A stretch of DNA of 64,000 bases from Lobosporangium transversale (GCF_002105155.1 NW_019028980.1:434001-498000); one strand, 5' to 3'. Shown: positions 11,834 to 23,992, numbered from the stretch's first letter. The notes: generated by a model not told the origin, from the letters alone. Made by a program: numbers and translations.

Positions 11834-13492
11834 TTACTTTCTCCAATTTCCTTGACGTCCTTGATTTCCTTTGTTATCCTTGGTCTTTTTGGTATTCTTC
11901 GTCTCCTCATTATCCTTGGCTTCCTTGCTATTCTTGATTTTCATGTCATCCTTGGGGTTTTCGGCCTCCTTGGGAGGTTGGCCACAACGATCTTTGCCAT
12001 AACCAACCTTAACGGTTGCATATTCGGATTTAAGGGGGATATTTTTAACAGCCTTTACGGCCGCGAGGACGTCTGTAAAGCTGACAAATCCACAGTTTTT
12101 ACTTGGCACAACGTTGATAAGCTCAATTTCTCCATATTCCGAAAAATCGGCGCGAAGTTTTTCTTCATCTGCAATGCCTTCAATACCGCCCAAATACACA
12201 TTGCGGCACGCTCCTTGTCGGAACGCTTGAATCACTTCGAGCGGGAGATTCAAGGCCTTTGGACCCCAGCCGAGCTTTGGTTTCTGGTTTTTGATCTTGA
12301 AACCTCCCTTAGAAACAGTATCGTAAAACATTTGAGCTGCCTTGGGATCAACAAACGTCACAAATGCCGAATACTTTTTAGATAAATATCTGATCTTGCT
12401 TAGGATGCCCCCACGAATTGAATTGCATATATCGGCACATGTTGTTTCTGGTGCAAGTTTTCCCAAATATATTGTCCGTTTGCCTTCTGCAATCAGAGTA
12501 CTAAAAGGTACCATGCATTTCTGATGGTCTAGTTCAGTAGTGGTTATACCATCGAGAGTTGGAAGCTGTATAGGTGTCGCGAATTTTGCACATCGATCTC
12601 TGCCATAACTAATTTCCTTTCCAGCGTACCGTGATTGAAGTGGTAACTGGGTGACAGCCTTGATAGCATTATTGATGTGAGTAAAGTGCGCGAAAGCAAT
12701 GTTTTTCTCGCGCACAATCTTAACTTCTTCTACCGCACCAAAGGTCAACAAATCCTTGTGGATGATTTCTTCTGTAAAACTTGAGTCCAATCGGCCGATA
12801 AATACATTTCGAGTGGCTCCTTCATTTTGAACAGCCTTTTGAATGTTCGGACTCAATATCGATGGGGTCCCCCAGCCAACTTTGAGCTCTCGACCTTTGA
12901 GTCGTAATGGTGTTTTGAAAGAGGCCTTACGATGAAATACTTGAGCCGCATCCGCTTCAATAAATGTGATGAAGGCACAGTGCTTTTCAGGAATCAATTT
13001 TGCATTTTCTAAATTGCCTGTTCGGATCAGGTCCAAGACCTCATGGAGAGTGGATTCCTCAGGGATTTTGCCGAGGTAGATGGTGCGGAGTGGGAGAGGT
13101 GTGGTAGTAGGTGGAAGGGGATTTTTTTCAGTCTCAGATAGTTGCGGTCGATTTGGATTGTCTCCAAGACCAAATGATGGATATGATGCAAAGTACGTCA
13201 CACAGCTTGGATCATAGTATAAAGGACATTGTGAGTCTGAATATGTTGAATATGGTTGATATGGTTGATATGGTTGATATGGTTGGTATGGCTGATATAG
13301 TGATTGTGGTATAGGCCATTGATAAGTTACCGCTGACGATCCAGAGCTATTACTGGTATTTTGATGAACATCATTGGTCGCTACACTAGAAACAGTGGCC
13401 ACAGGCGCATCATCATCTGAAGCGGCTTGCTCGATCCGGGGGACCTTTTTGCTACTAGTTTGGCTGTCTTCTGCCTCTACAGCTCGCTTCAT
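11834..13492 (-). CDS. Four-RRM RNA-binding protein, MRN1 (S. cerevisiae)/Nrd1 (S. pombe) family; intronless
   Basis: Paired RRM pattern RTIYLGKIP...KHCAFITF...KVGWG / GATRNVFIG...AFAHF...YGRDRC occurs twice (second pair RTIYLGKL.../GACRNVYLG...YGKDRC). First ATG at 13492 (MKRAVEAEDS); the ORF-track start at 13570 is non-ATG. Confidence 0.85.
   Translation of the reverse strand: MKRAVEAEDSQTSSKKVPRIEQAASDDDAPVATVSSVATNDVHQNTSNSSGSSAVTYQWPIPQSLYQPYQPYQPYQPYQPYSTYSDSQCPLYYDPSCVTYFASYPSFGLGDNPNRPQLSETEKNPLPPTTTPLPLRTIYLGKIPEESTLHEVLDLIRTGNLENAKLIPEKHCAFITFIEADAAQVFHRKASFKTPLRLKGRELKVGWGTPSILSPNIQKAVQNEGATRNVFIGRLDSSFTEEIIHKDLLTFGAVEEVKIVREKNIAFAHFTHINNAIKAVTQLPLQSRYAGKEISYGRDRCAKFATPIQLPTLDGITTTELDHQKCMVPFSTLIAEGKRTIYLGKLAPETTCADICNSIRGGILSKIRYLSKKYSAFVTFVDPKAAQMFYDTVSKGGFKIKNQKPKLGWGPKALNLPLEVIQAFRQGACRNVYLGGIEGIADEEKLRADFSEYGEIELINVVPSKNCGFVSFTDVLAAVKAVKNIPLKSEYATVKVGYGKDRCGQPPKEAENPKDDMKIKNSKEAKDNEETKNTKKTKDNKGNQGRQGNWRK
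13248..13296. repeat. Coding 9-mer tandem repeat encoding (YQP)n
   Basis: (tatggttga)n on the plus strand; YQPYQPYQPYQPYQPY in the RRM protein. Confidence 0.85.
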
Positions 13493-14491
13493 AGCTGCTA
13501 GTTGCAATATTAGGCAGTAGGCAAGGAAAAGACTACAAAGAACAGACTTTTTTTGAGGGAAGGTGAACAAAATGAAAGCACACTTAGCCTATAATCTCAT
13601 GGCTCAATGAATCCTCTTTGCAGAATTTAAGGAATGAAAAGGATCCGATGGATTATGAGACTTGTCACCCTACCTTCTCTTGTAAGAAGATTGAAGCACC
13701 ATGTTTGTTTAAGGGCACGTTCCAGGCTCATTAATCGGGTCACCTGAGCAGAATAGATGTATTTGGTGGCAAACCGAAACAACACTAATTTTTTTATGTT
13801 GAATCTATACAAAAAGAAAACCAACTCATTACTGTCTGGGGAATTATCTGGAGCAGGCAGCCCAGGGCGCACCGCCAGGAGGTGAGCTGGTTGCGCGCCC
13901 CAACTGGTAGCTGCAGCATCCGAGAGAAGCTCTACCCCTGTGCCCCTTCAAAGCAGATTTCAGCAAGTTTTCAACACCACTCTCTACCTATCATAACGCT
14001 ACTCGGACTAGTGAGTCTTGCCAATCAATTTAGGGAAACATACTGAATAGTGATCCTAAGGCCCCTGCTGGTAGCGCGGAGCGGGAGTCTAGATAGAGAT
14101 GAAAGAGAGGTCCTTTTATACATTCTCAGAGCATAGTGACTTGTTTTCTTTTCTTTTGTCATCAACTCTTAACGGTATTGAGTCATTGTGGGATCTTTTT
14201 TCGTATGAAAAGTGCTTCTTAGGTGCTGGCAATCCTTGACACTCGTGGTACTTTGAAACATCTATAAGTATCAATATCGCCGGTCTATGCTCTCTTGCAA
14301 TATAGTTTTAATAGAGTTTGCTTGTTTGTTTTGACAAGGCAGAAAAGAGTGGAGCTGCCACCTTAAAAAAAAAGATCGTGAGAAAGATTGCCTCACAAGA
14401 TACTTCACAGTATCACCACCATTACCTTGCTGTTATATGTGTTGTGCTCGCTAATCCGTCAGATAACAAGCCTAGGACTTCTTTGTAGATG

Positions 14492-14536
<45 letters not shown>

Positions 14537-15059
14537 GGAAACTGCAACACAAAGAAAGCTCCCAACCCTTCTACTCTTGCTCTCTTCATCGCTATAATCT
14601 TCCGCTTATCTTTCTTTTACACTCGCTTCCCCATTTCCTTCTATTAGTTTATACATCCATATCCTCATCTCTTCTCTCTCTCCCTCTTTTTTTCCTTGTT
14701 GATAATACCGTGCTCTTTGCCTCATTACTATTCAATTATTTGAATCTGATAAAGGTTATGTTGCTACTTGCACAATCCACATGTGTAAAATATAAAAATG
14801 AGCCTCATCTTTGTACTGATTTTGGTCAAAATGATATACACCACGAACAATGTCATTTGGTATTTATTACCGAAACACGCATAATACTTGTTCTTTGGGT
14901 GTTCTTTGGGTACAATCTTTGAAAAACAGCAAAAGTCGAGTCAACCAAAAGATCAACGCCAGCGCTGATCCCTTTTGGCTTTAAACATGACAGTAGAATG
15001 CACTTATCCTGCAGTGACATTGAGAGGATGCTTTTGTTCTAAAAATGCAGCATCTACAT

Positions 15060-15240
15060 TCAAAAAAGTTCAATTAAACCTTGTGTTTACTAATACAGTA
15101 ATATTTTGGAGACTACCGCTGTCTAGCAAGAGCCACTATTGACAGGCAGCTGTTCTGAGTTTCAGCAGCACAACGTAGTCTTTGCATGCAGCCCTGGAAG
15201 TCTCCTATAGAGCCGTATATGACGTGATGAGTCAAAGGAG
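15060..15240 (-). ncRNA. Candidate omega-RNA-like structured region downstream of the Fanzor-like gene
   Basis: Inverted repeat 15110-15122 (AGACTACCGCTGT) / 15170-15181 (ACAACGTAGTCT) encloses a nested stem (GCTG-CTGA-AAC-TCAG-AA-CAGC on minus). A small TTACT/AGTAA hairpin and a T-run follow. Position is 3' of the RuvC-like coding remnant. Confidence 0.25.
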
Positions 15241-15489
15241 CCATGCATATGAAGTGGGATGCCAATAGGACACCTGTTTCTACAGAGCAGGTCAGTATCC
15301 AAAAATGTTGCACTTCGAGAACACGCATATTAGGGGTGATGCACAAGTTGCTTTCAGCCATCAGTTCTTGCTATACAAGTGTACCAGCCGAGAATGGTTC
15401 TCAATAAAGATACCCATGTGCAAATCGCGTTAAAATACTTTTTTCTCTTCATTTAAGAGTATGCACTTCGATTCTATCCCAATTATTGG

Positions 15490-18030
15490 TCAGTACATTG
15501 CAAGGGAGGCGGCAGTCGCTATGTGCTTGCTGGGAACTCCTTTACTACTTTCAAAGGACCCTAGGCCGACGACAAGCACTCCTTTTTCCCCGAGCATCTT
15601 CAACACTCGCTGTACCGCGTAATCGAACGTAGCTCGTTGAGCCTTTCGTAGGTCCCATTTTTTTTTTCAGGCACCATCTGGGCTCGTAGAACTCTTGAAG
15701 CACATCCAAATTCTTTGATCCTATCTGTGTCTGGGACTCCTCGTTCATCCATTGAAAGTACTCATTGTACGTATCCCTTCCAAACACAGGGATGGCGCTC
15801 TCAACCTCAATCATTCCTTTTTCACGCTTCCTTTTGTTCAACAGGTGATGGAAGCGGAGGACGGTGAGGTACAAGAACCTGCTTCTCACCTTTACTGTTT
15901 GCCGCAAGTTAGAGTTGTGAGGATCCAGGGAGGAAAACGTAAGGGCGTTAACAATACCAGGATCGCATCCGACGATAGTTGTGCTGTTTGCGGATGGTAC
16001 CGCCCTGGTTTGTTGAATGTGAGCTCTTCCAGTTTATGTTTGCATAGTCTTCATCTGTCAGGTCTTCACCGGCTGCCTTTGAACACGTCGTGTTGAGAAA
16101 TCCCTGAGAAAGCTCCAGTTCTTGGCTGGGGTCTTCTTCATCTACGTCAGACTGCTGCTGTCTCTTCGTCTGGGTTGTGTCATAGGCAAGTAGATTCAGA
16201 ACTAGACCGTTGGTAGAAATCGTCCCTTTGAGTTTGAACCGAGTTAGCTCTTTGTCCTGTGACTGCAGGGATACTTTGTCTCGATATCCAAGAACCATGC
16301 GATCGCCTCCAATGTCACAAAAGAGAGCCTGAATCAAAACCCCTTTTGTTCCCTGTACACACTCAAACATTGCAGTCTTGGAAGGATTGTCGAGAGGCAG
16401 AATACGCTCCAGTAGCTGCTTGGTATCTTCGTTCGCCCAGAGGATGTCAACTAGGGCGTGTTCAGACAGATACACATACCCGGGTGACCAGGAGGACGTA
16501 GGAAAGTCTGAGTATTTTTTCACTTTTTTGTTCTCCCGCAAAAAAAACTCAATGTCGCTCATATCTTCGTTTGTTTTCTCGACATCAAACTAGAAAAAAA
16601 AAAAAAAAAAAAAAAAAAGAGTCTGAATAAAGAGAATTTAATTGCAGAATATACATGAAAATACCCTACACAAGCTATACCATTGGGTTCCTGTAGTGCT
16701 GCTTTAATGATGTCTGTACTTGGCCCATTAGTAGCTCTGACGCTCTTGGAAATGAGATCTTTTTGGGATCAAAGCCTTGCACGTCCCCAATGTGATGTCT
16801 ATTTCCTTTATTGGGGAAAGTTCAGTGGTGGCCTTGAAATGTTCATAAGCGAGGAGGTAATGGGGCGTTTCTACCGCCTTTCCTTGTTTTTTTGCCCTCG
16901 CGTAAGCTGAATTGGGGCCACCTTGACCACTTAAAAGAAGGGTGGCGAGACGGAAGGAATAGTCATTGCTATCCAAGACCTCGTCCAGTGCCTTTTTCCT
17001 CGACCTTGCTGCCCCTGGTAACCGCATGATCCTCTCAATGTCCAAGGCAGTCGCCCAGTATGCATAGCGGCGTAGTCGGTTGAGGACAACAACTGCCCCT
17101 CGGATCTGGTTTGCAATACTATCCTTTTCATCTGCGTCCAGTCCGCCTTTCCTTGCCATGGAGGCCTTAAGGGATCCAATTGTTAAGGCCTTGATAGGGT
17201 GCTTACTGCTGTAGCTGTGATCAACCTTCGTAGCATCCTTCAAGTTCCTAATTGGTGCACCTTCTTTTTTAGCCCTGAGGGGCTTCTTGCCTTTGTGCTT
17301 CCGCTTTTGTTTTTTCTGTTGCTTCTTTTTTGCCTTTTTCCGACGTGGTGGATGCTTAAGGCCCGGTCTATCGTTCTGACGGCAGTTACTGATATCAACT
17401 GTGCACCCATTCAATATGCTCGCCTTGTCAGAAAAGATGGGCCGGAACTGGTTCCTATGTGACCCTTTCGCTATATAGAATGATGGTGTGTCTCTACATT
17501 ATCCAAGAAAGGGACTAACGATTAGTATTGGGGACGTTTGGTTTCGAGGTCAAAACTATAGCTTGAGCTTTCTTACGTTCTGCTGCGCTGCGTTCGCCTT
17601 TGCTGAGCCATTCTATGGCGAAGATCCTTTCCATTGAGTAGAAGCTGCTTGAAGTTATCGAACTCATTGTTCGATGGTAACGCTTGGGCCGACGTTTGAT
17701 GGCCGGAAGTAAAAATGCGGAGAGCTACTCTGAAACGGCCTTCTTCAGAGGCTGCGTTCCTTCCCAACACCTTACTAGCTTTCCTTAGGTAGTCCCGAAG
17801 CATTTTATTGTAGTTCTCGTTCCACGCAACCTTTCGAATTAATCGAAGATTATTAACCGGGCCTAACGTCTCGAGGTTCCTTAAGTAGTCATTACCTGCG
17901 ATGGTACAGAATAACACCAGATGCGCGTGTGATGGCAGTCTTAGTGCTTGGATAGCGTTGTCTACATCGTAAACCCCAAACTTCCGTCTACGGTGGGGAA
18001 GGTTGACTCTCAGATTCCGACATCAATGGC
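15490..18030 (-). pseudogene. Decayed gene encoding a FEN1/XPG-like H3TH segment fused to a Fanzor1/TnpB-like RuvC nuclease body
   Basis: Reconstructed: ..LRLPSHAHLVLFCTIAGNDYLRNLETLGPVNN (H3TH) | intron 17576-17494 | basic linker and helical region ..QVQTSLKQHYRNPM | intron 16680-16590 | FPTSSWSPGYVYLSEHAL..FKLKGTISTNGLVLNLLAYD.. (frameshift) TTIVGCDPG (Asp 15964-15962)..EFY...KKK (A-run frameshift near 15660) WDLRKAQRATFDYAVQRVLKML..VLVVGLGSF..GVPSKH. The PIN core and RuvC C-terminus appear deleted. Confidence 0.7.
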
Positions 18031-19530
18031 GGAGATAGGAGTGATGTAGTTGCATGCGCTTATTGCTTGGAGTAAAAGCTATCTAAGCACCCTTTCTTAC
18101 TGGACGATGCCTTGTTAATGGTGATATTGCGCAGCGCCTTGTGGATGGAGGGAGAGCAGAAGCGAGAGTGGTGGTTTTTGGCGGTCGTTTGGTGTGTGTA
18201 TGTGTGAATTTGATAGTTGATACCAATCGCCAAAACATATGCATCTAGAAATACAGAATACCGACGCGTTTGATCCTTTCCTAGAGATTGTTATAACCAT
18301 GGGATGATTGTGGAGTGGCCACCAAAATAAAGTTTGTTTGGAGGCACCAATGGAAAACGCTTATGTTTTGAACAAAAAAAGACGCCGCGATGTAAAATGT
18401 GTTTATACATGTACAGAAACCAAAGAGATGCTTCAGCTGCTTATTCGTGCACACAGTGAATGACGAACAAAAAAGGAAAAAAAAAGCCCGCGATGAAAGA
18501 AGGCATGTGCAGACAACAAATAAACACAGCATCTGTTTGCTCACATACATTTTTTTCATCGTTGTGTCTGTATCTCTTCTAAGCTTTCTGTCTGGCCGTT
18601 TAACACAAGGAACCCTCAGAAAAAGAAACACCTCGCATGATTGGTGCCAGGTCTGAAAACAACAATAATGCAATGCTGTACGTGGAAGATAGGGTTTAGA
18701 AACTATACCATTGATCACAACTGCTACTCATGCTTTCTTGCCAAGGACTTGAACAGGCATACCAACCCCTTCTTCGCTCACATCCTTTCGATGCATTCTT
18801 TCGCCGTTTATGTCCACTACATCTGAACCACACACAGTTCACCACTCACTCCAACAGAGATATTTGTATCACCTTGGGTATGATATGTTGCTGTGGTTTC
18901 CTCTGGTTTCAACAGGCCCAACAAACTCTATTAGCAATGTTTACCAACCCAGATATATCAAGGGAACACAAGAAGACGAGGAAGCAAATGATGTGACAAA
19001 TCAAGTCTTGCCGAGCAAGCTCCATGGTGCGGTAGAATGAATCAACTCAGATTGCCCTCCTTTCAAGTCGAGACTACGGCGGCGAATATTATCACTGCTA
19101 TTACACTAGTCAATAAATAAACGATACAATGGACTCCCAAGCGGATGCTAGGGTCATGCGAAAGTCTTCATGAGTTTTTTATTTGCACAAATAAAGAAGC
19201 CAGGATAGCTCCATGACAATTTAGTTTTTAGTCATTTATTTCGACATCGAAATAAAATTTCAAGACAATGCCCATGGATTGCTGGATTTTAAGCCCATTT
19301 ATAATGGCAAATTTGTCCTTGTTACGGACGAAGGGATAAGGCTAATATAGTTGCGTCCAAATGGTCCTATTTGTATGCCGACATTTATCTGTGGAGTACG
19401 AAACGTAACAGTCACGAATTTCTTGTGACTTCTCTCACATAAAATCAAATAAGTAAATAAGTATGGGTTGTCTTTCTCACCTTTTGTCGCCACCTGTCCA
19501 TAACTGATAAAGTATTGCCAAGCGTACTAA

Positions 19531-21093
19531 ATGTTGCCTTCAATTGCATCCAGCAGAGCCATGCTGCTCTCGCAAGTAAGCCAGCTGATGGAAACCTTAG
19601 TTGAATGCAGAAAAAAAAAAAAAGAAAGTTACAATTCAAGAATTGATGTACAGAATCACTGAATAGCCCGTGACTAAAACGTTTTTGGTGGTCGCGGCTG
19701 GTTGCTTGCCTAACCAATATATAGCCCTTATTAAGCATGCGGACAATGGCTACAAAGACTGTTATAATTAAATCTACGGGGACCGCTGCAACTGCTGCGA
19801 AATCAGCATCCACCTATGCCTCCAAAGCCAACTCTGCCAGCCGTGTCTCTTCCTCGAAGCCAGCTTCAGCCTACAGCAAGAGCGACTTTTCTACTACTGG
19901 TGCAACAGCTTTTTCTTCATCCCCAGTTCCTAAAGCTGTCACAACTCCATCTTCATTTGCAACATCCTCTGGATCTGGATATTCGGAAGAGGATGATTCA
20001 GAGATCAATGGCTCCTCTAAAGTTGGTGGCGGAAATAGTCAAGTAGCTAACGAGGCCTTTTCCAGTAATGGTCCAGTGTTAAAGGACGCCGCCATCGGAG
20101 AGCGCGGAGTAGATGAGACTCAGGATTGGACACGCTCTTTTGCAGGAATGGCCGTTGAACCCTTTGAAAAGGAAGTTGCTGAGTTGTTAATGAAGCCGTT
20201 GGATCCTGAAGATATCGAAATCAAGCCAGGTATTTATTTATTTATTTTATTTTATTTTTTTTCTTTTAGTTTTTTAGCCCTACGATATTCAGAAGCTAAA
20301 GACATGTATGTTGATGGGAAGAAATCTTAGTAATGCGAACTATTTCTTCTTCAAACACTAGACGGAATTCTTTACCTTCCAGAAATTAAATATCGTAGAA
20401 TTTTGAACAAGGCATTTGGGCCTGGAGGTACGGTACAACTGACGGTTAATCCTGTGTAGTAATGGTTTGCATAAGACTTCACATTCTAACCCATTTTGTT
20501 ATCTCGCTTTGTTGTTGCGTTTTAGGATGGGGATTGGCACCTAGAAGTGAACATTCTATCTCTCCTAAGACCATTTCACGAGAATACGCTCTGATTTGTA
20601 GAGGTCGTTTCGTTAGTACGGCTCGTGGTGAACAGGATTATTTTGACCCTAACAATATTGCTACAGCGACAGAAGGGTGCAAATCAAATGCACTGATGCG
20701 ATGCTGCAAAGATCTGGGTGTCGCTTCGGAACTTTGGTAAGTGTCAATATGATTCAGGGCGTCATTGGTGTTCTAATCGCAACCACCCATGACGTTTTAG
20801 TTGATTAATAATGAAATGTTTGGGTCGTGTTCGTACTTCTACCTTCAAGGGATCCATCATTTGTCCGAAAATTTAAGAGGCAATACTGCGAAGAGGCTTT
20901 TGCAGAGCATGTCATTACGAAGCGCAAGAAGAAATTGTGGAAACGCAAGGACCAGCCAGATTTTGGTATGTGTTCATCATCTGAAAGGATCACGAGAAAC
21001 AACTGCAGGTATTTCAGTTCGACTAATCGGTGTACTTTGTCTGCACTATTATTATTACTTTTAATAGAATATCCTTATGCTAAGACAAAGTGA
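19531..21093 (+). CDS. MGM101: Mitochondrial genome maintenance protein Mgm101 (Rad52-like), 6 exons
   Basis: [37 protein letters not shown]...REYAL...[34 protein letters not shown]. Presequence [21 protein letters not shown] from exon 19531-19575 spliced to 19725; stop TGA 21091-21093. Confidence 0.95.
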
Positions 21094-21657
21094 AAGCATA
21101 TAATACATTAGGACAAAGGGTTATACACGAATATACGCAATAAAAATCCTTTTGGTAATTTGTAGTGCAAGCCAAAATTTAAAAGTGTTTGAAAATCGAA
21201 TTAATTAACAGAAGATGTTTGTCATGCCATAAAGCAGACCACCGAAGTATACGCTTATATTTCAAATATCATTCTCAATTGAAGTGGCAAACATTGATCA
21301 GGCACAATCTGTTCAATGTTGTCTAAACAGGAAAACTTCAAATCCAAGTCAGTCATTTCAAGGTACACATTTTGGCACGCCGCCTTATGACTATGAGCCC
21401 TTAGAAAGTCATTCATAACTTGAAAGGTTCTCTCAAATATGGCAACATGAAGGTCATAGTTTGGCCTGTACATCGTGAGGATGAAGCCTTTCTGTTAGAC
21501 AATTCAGTTCCTTATCAACAACCGTTTCAAAATGCGGATCTCGGAGTAGCATGAACATATATTTAATCATGTGATATAGTTTTGAGGTGGACTTCAAAAA
21601 TGAGATCAAAGCGATGTTGGTCTACATCACTCCATCACCCCGCGCTACTGTACAATC

Positions 21658-23083
21658 ATGTCTGATGAGCCAAGGTATGTCTCACATGAACAATGTTGGG
21701 ACTTTGGATCGAAATAACAGAAACCGTTTTATTGTTTACATTCTAAGTTTGAGCAGGATTGATCAAAAGAGAAGTTTGATCTAAATATCTTTTTTGTCCT
21801 GAATATTCTAGGAGGAAACGAAAGTGGGATAGCCAAGGTGAACCGGATACTGCAGTCAAAAAGACTGTGTCAGAGGCTGACATTGCCTTAAAGGACACAG
21901 CCCAAACCCCTGCCACAGGTCTCACTACAGCAGCTCAGGATGCTCCAACAGAGCAGTCAAGTATTGATGCAGCAGCAGCAGCAGCTATTGAGGCGGCAAG
22001 GATAAGCGCCAAGTTGGTAGCACAAGGAAAGGCTTCATCAACCAATGCTGATTCTAACCAAACAGCGTCAAAGATAGATGAAGTTCAGACAGCCTTTTCT
22101 GCTTCTGAGACACCTGCATCTAACAGTGGAAATGTCAATAATGGAGGACCTGCTAAAGAGTTCAAGAAGAGAGATGAATTTGTTACTGACATTGATATTA
22201 ATGATGTCAAACATCGCTCTTTACTTACAAAAGGCTCAGTGCAAACTCAAGTATGCTGGACTATCTTATGGTTTAAATGCTCAATTCATTAAGAGGCGAA
22301 TACAAAGACACTTATAGACCCTCTTTTTCACTTGTCCACTTAATTTTTCTCCAGCTTCAACGTGATACAGGAGCTGATGTTACTACTCGTGGAATATACT
22401 ACGCAGATCGCAGTATGGCGACTGAAAAGGATCCACCACTCTATCTGCATGTTACGGCGGTTAGCCAGGAGATCTTGGATGCGGCAGTTCGTAAAATCAA
22501 CGAGCTCATCGAGGAAGCACAAAATCCCCCCCCATTACCCTCTCAGCGAGAATCATTCCAACCAGGCCCTAGATTCCATGGAGGGCCACCAGTAAGTCTT
22601 CAGCTGATTATAACAACAGCCATATCATGGGTGTGTTGCTGGTTGAGCTCCTAATTGAATATACTTTGATTTTTTTTTTTCTTTTTTTTCCTCTGATAGA
22701 GACATCAAACGTTCCATGCTCGTGTCGCTATTGGGATAGAATCGGATAGAATGTTTAATGTTAGAGCAAAGATTGTAGGCCCAGGAGTAAGTTTAGTTTC
22801 AGCTTTTGACAAAAATGAGCAATTTCCATTACCCTGAATTAAGGAACAAATACTAATCAGTTTACTTAATATATATAGGGTGAATATGTCAAACATGTAC
22901 AAAATAAGACTAGGACGCGTGTCCAGCTGAAGGGCTATGGATCTGGATATCTGGAGGCTGAAACTGGCCGTGAATCAGATGAGCCGCTTTATATCAACAT
23001 TTTGTAAGATTGATTTATCTGCATGAATTGAGTTTTTTTTTTTTTTTTTTTTTTTGGAACATTGACTATTGTGCTCTAATACT

Positions 23084-23114
<31 letters not shown>

Positions 23115-23992
23115 CTTTAATGTCTGTTCAAATTTTAGAGGAAGCAGTCAGGAAGATGTGGATGAGGCCGAAAGTCTATGTAAAAACCTTGTCGAGACTG
23201 TTAAGGCCGAGCATGAGAGGATGAAGAGTCGGCCTCCAATGCACCAAGAATCTTATAGCCACAACAGGCACTATGGTGGACGAACTGTAAGCGCTTTATT
23301 TATCATGAACTGCATTTTTTTTTTTTTTTTTTTTTTTTTAATGGAATTTAACTGATATTTGTATGTTTTAGGGTTACTACAATGGTGGACACCATCAGCG
23401 ATACCAAGGCGGACATAATCGATACCAACATCAACAGCCTCATCATCAATATAACTATAATCAACACTACCAAGCACCTCCGCCTCCACCTCCTGGTGCC
23501 TCTATTCCGCCTGCTAATCCACCTTTGCCACCGGGACCGCCACCTGCTCTATCAACTGATCCAACAGTAGCTGCAACCACCACTTCCGCGGTAGCTCCAG
23601 GGACATCAGCAGCAGCGGATCCATCTCTACAAGGATATTCATATGACCAGTATGAAGCGTATAACCAATATTATTACCAGCAGCAGTATTATCAACAGTA
23701 TGGTCAGTATTATCAGCAGGCGTATGCAGCCCCAGGCGTCGACCAAAGCCAAGCGGCCGTAACCTCTTCGGCAGGAGCCTCTATTTCCTCTGATCCTGCA
23801 CTGGCTTATTATGGATATGCGTATGCTCCCCCTGCCGACACATCAGCCCCAGCAGCAGAGGTATCAGCTTCAGTATCACCAGCGCTACCTGCTAATATTA
23901 CCGGCTCACAACCCCCACCACCCGGCTCAGAAATGCCTTCATCGAATGGTTCGAGCAACTATCACGCTGTCCCACCTCCACCTGAGCATTAA
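21658..23992 (+). CDS. KH-domain protein, KHDC4/BLOM7-like, multi-exon
   Basis: N-terminal RRKRKWD; IDINDVKHRSLLTKGSVQ, VTTRG, PLYLHVTA; second KH FNVRAKIVGPGGEYVKHVQ..TRVQLKGYGSGYLE...EPLYINI; Pro/Tyr/Gln-rich tail ending TAA 23990-23992. Confidence 0.85.

Noticed and set aside
11753..12385. 210-aa plus-strand ORF
   Set aside because: Antisense shadow of the RRM gene; its hydrophobic N-terminus mirrors the K/N/E-rich tail.
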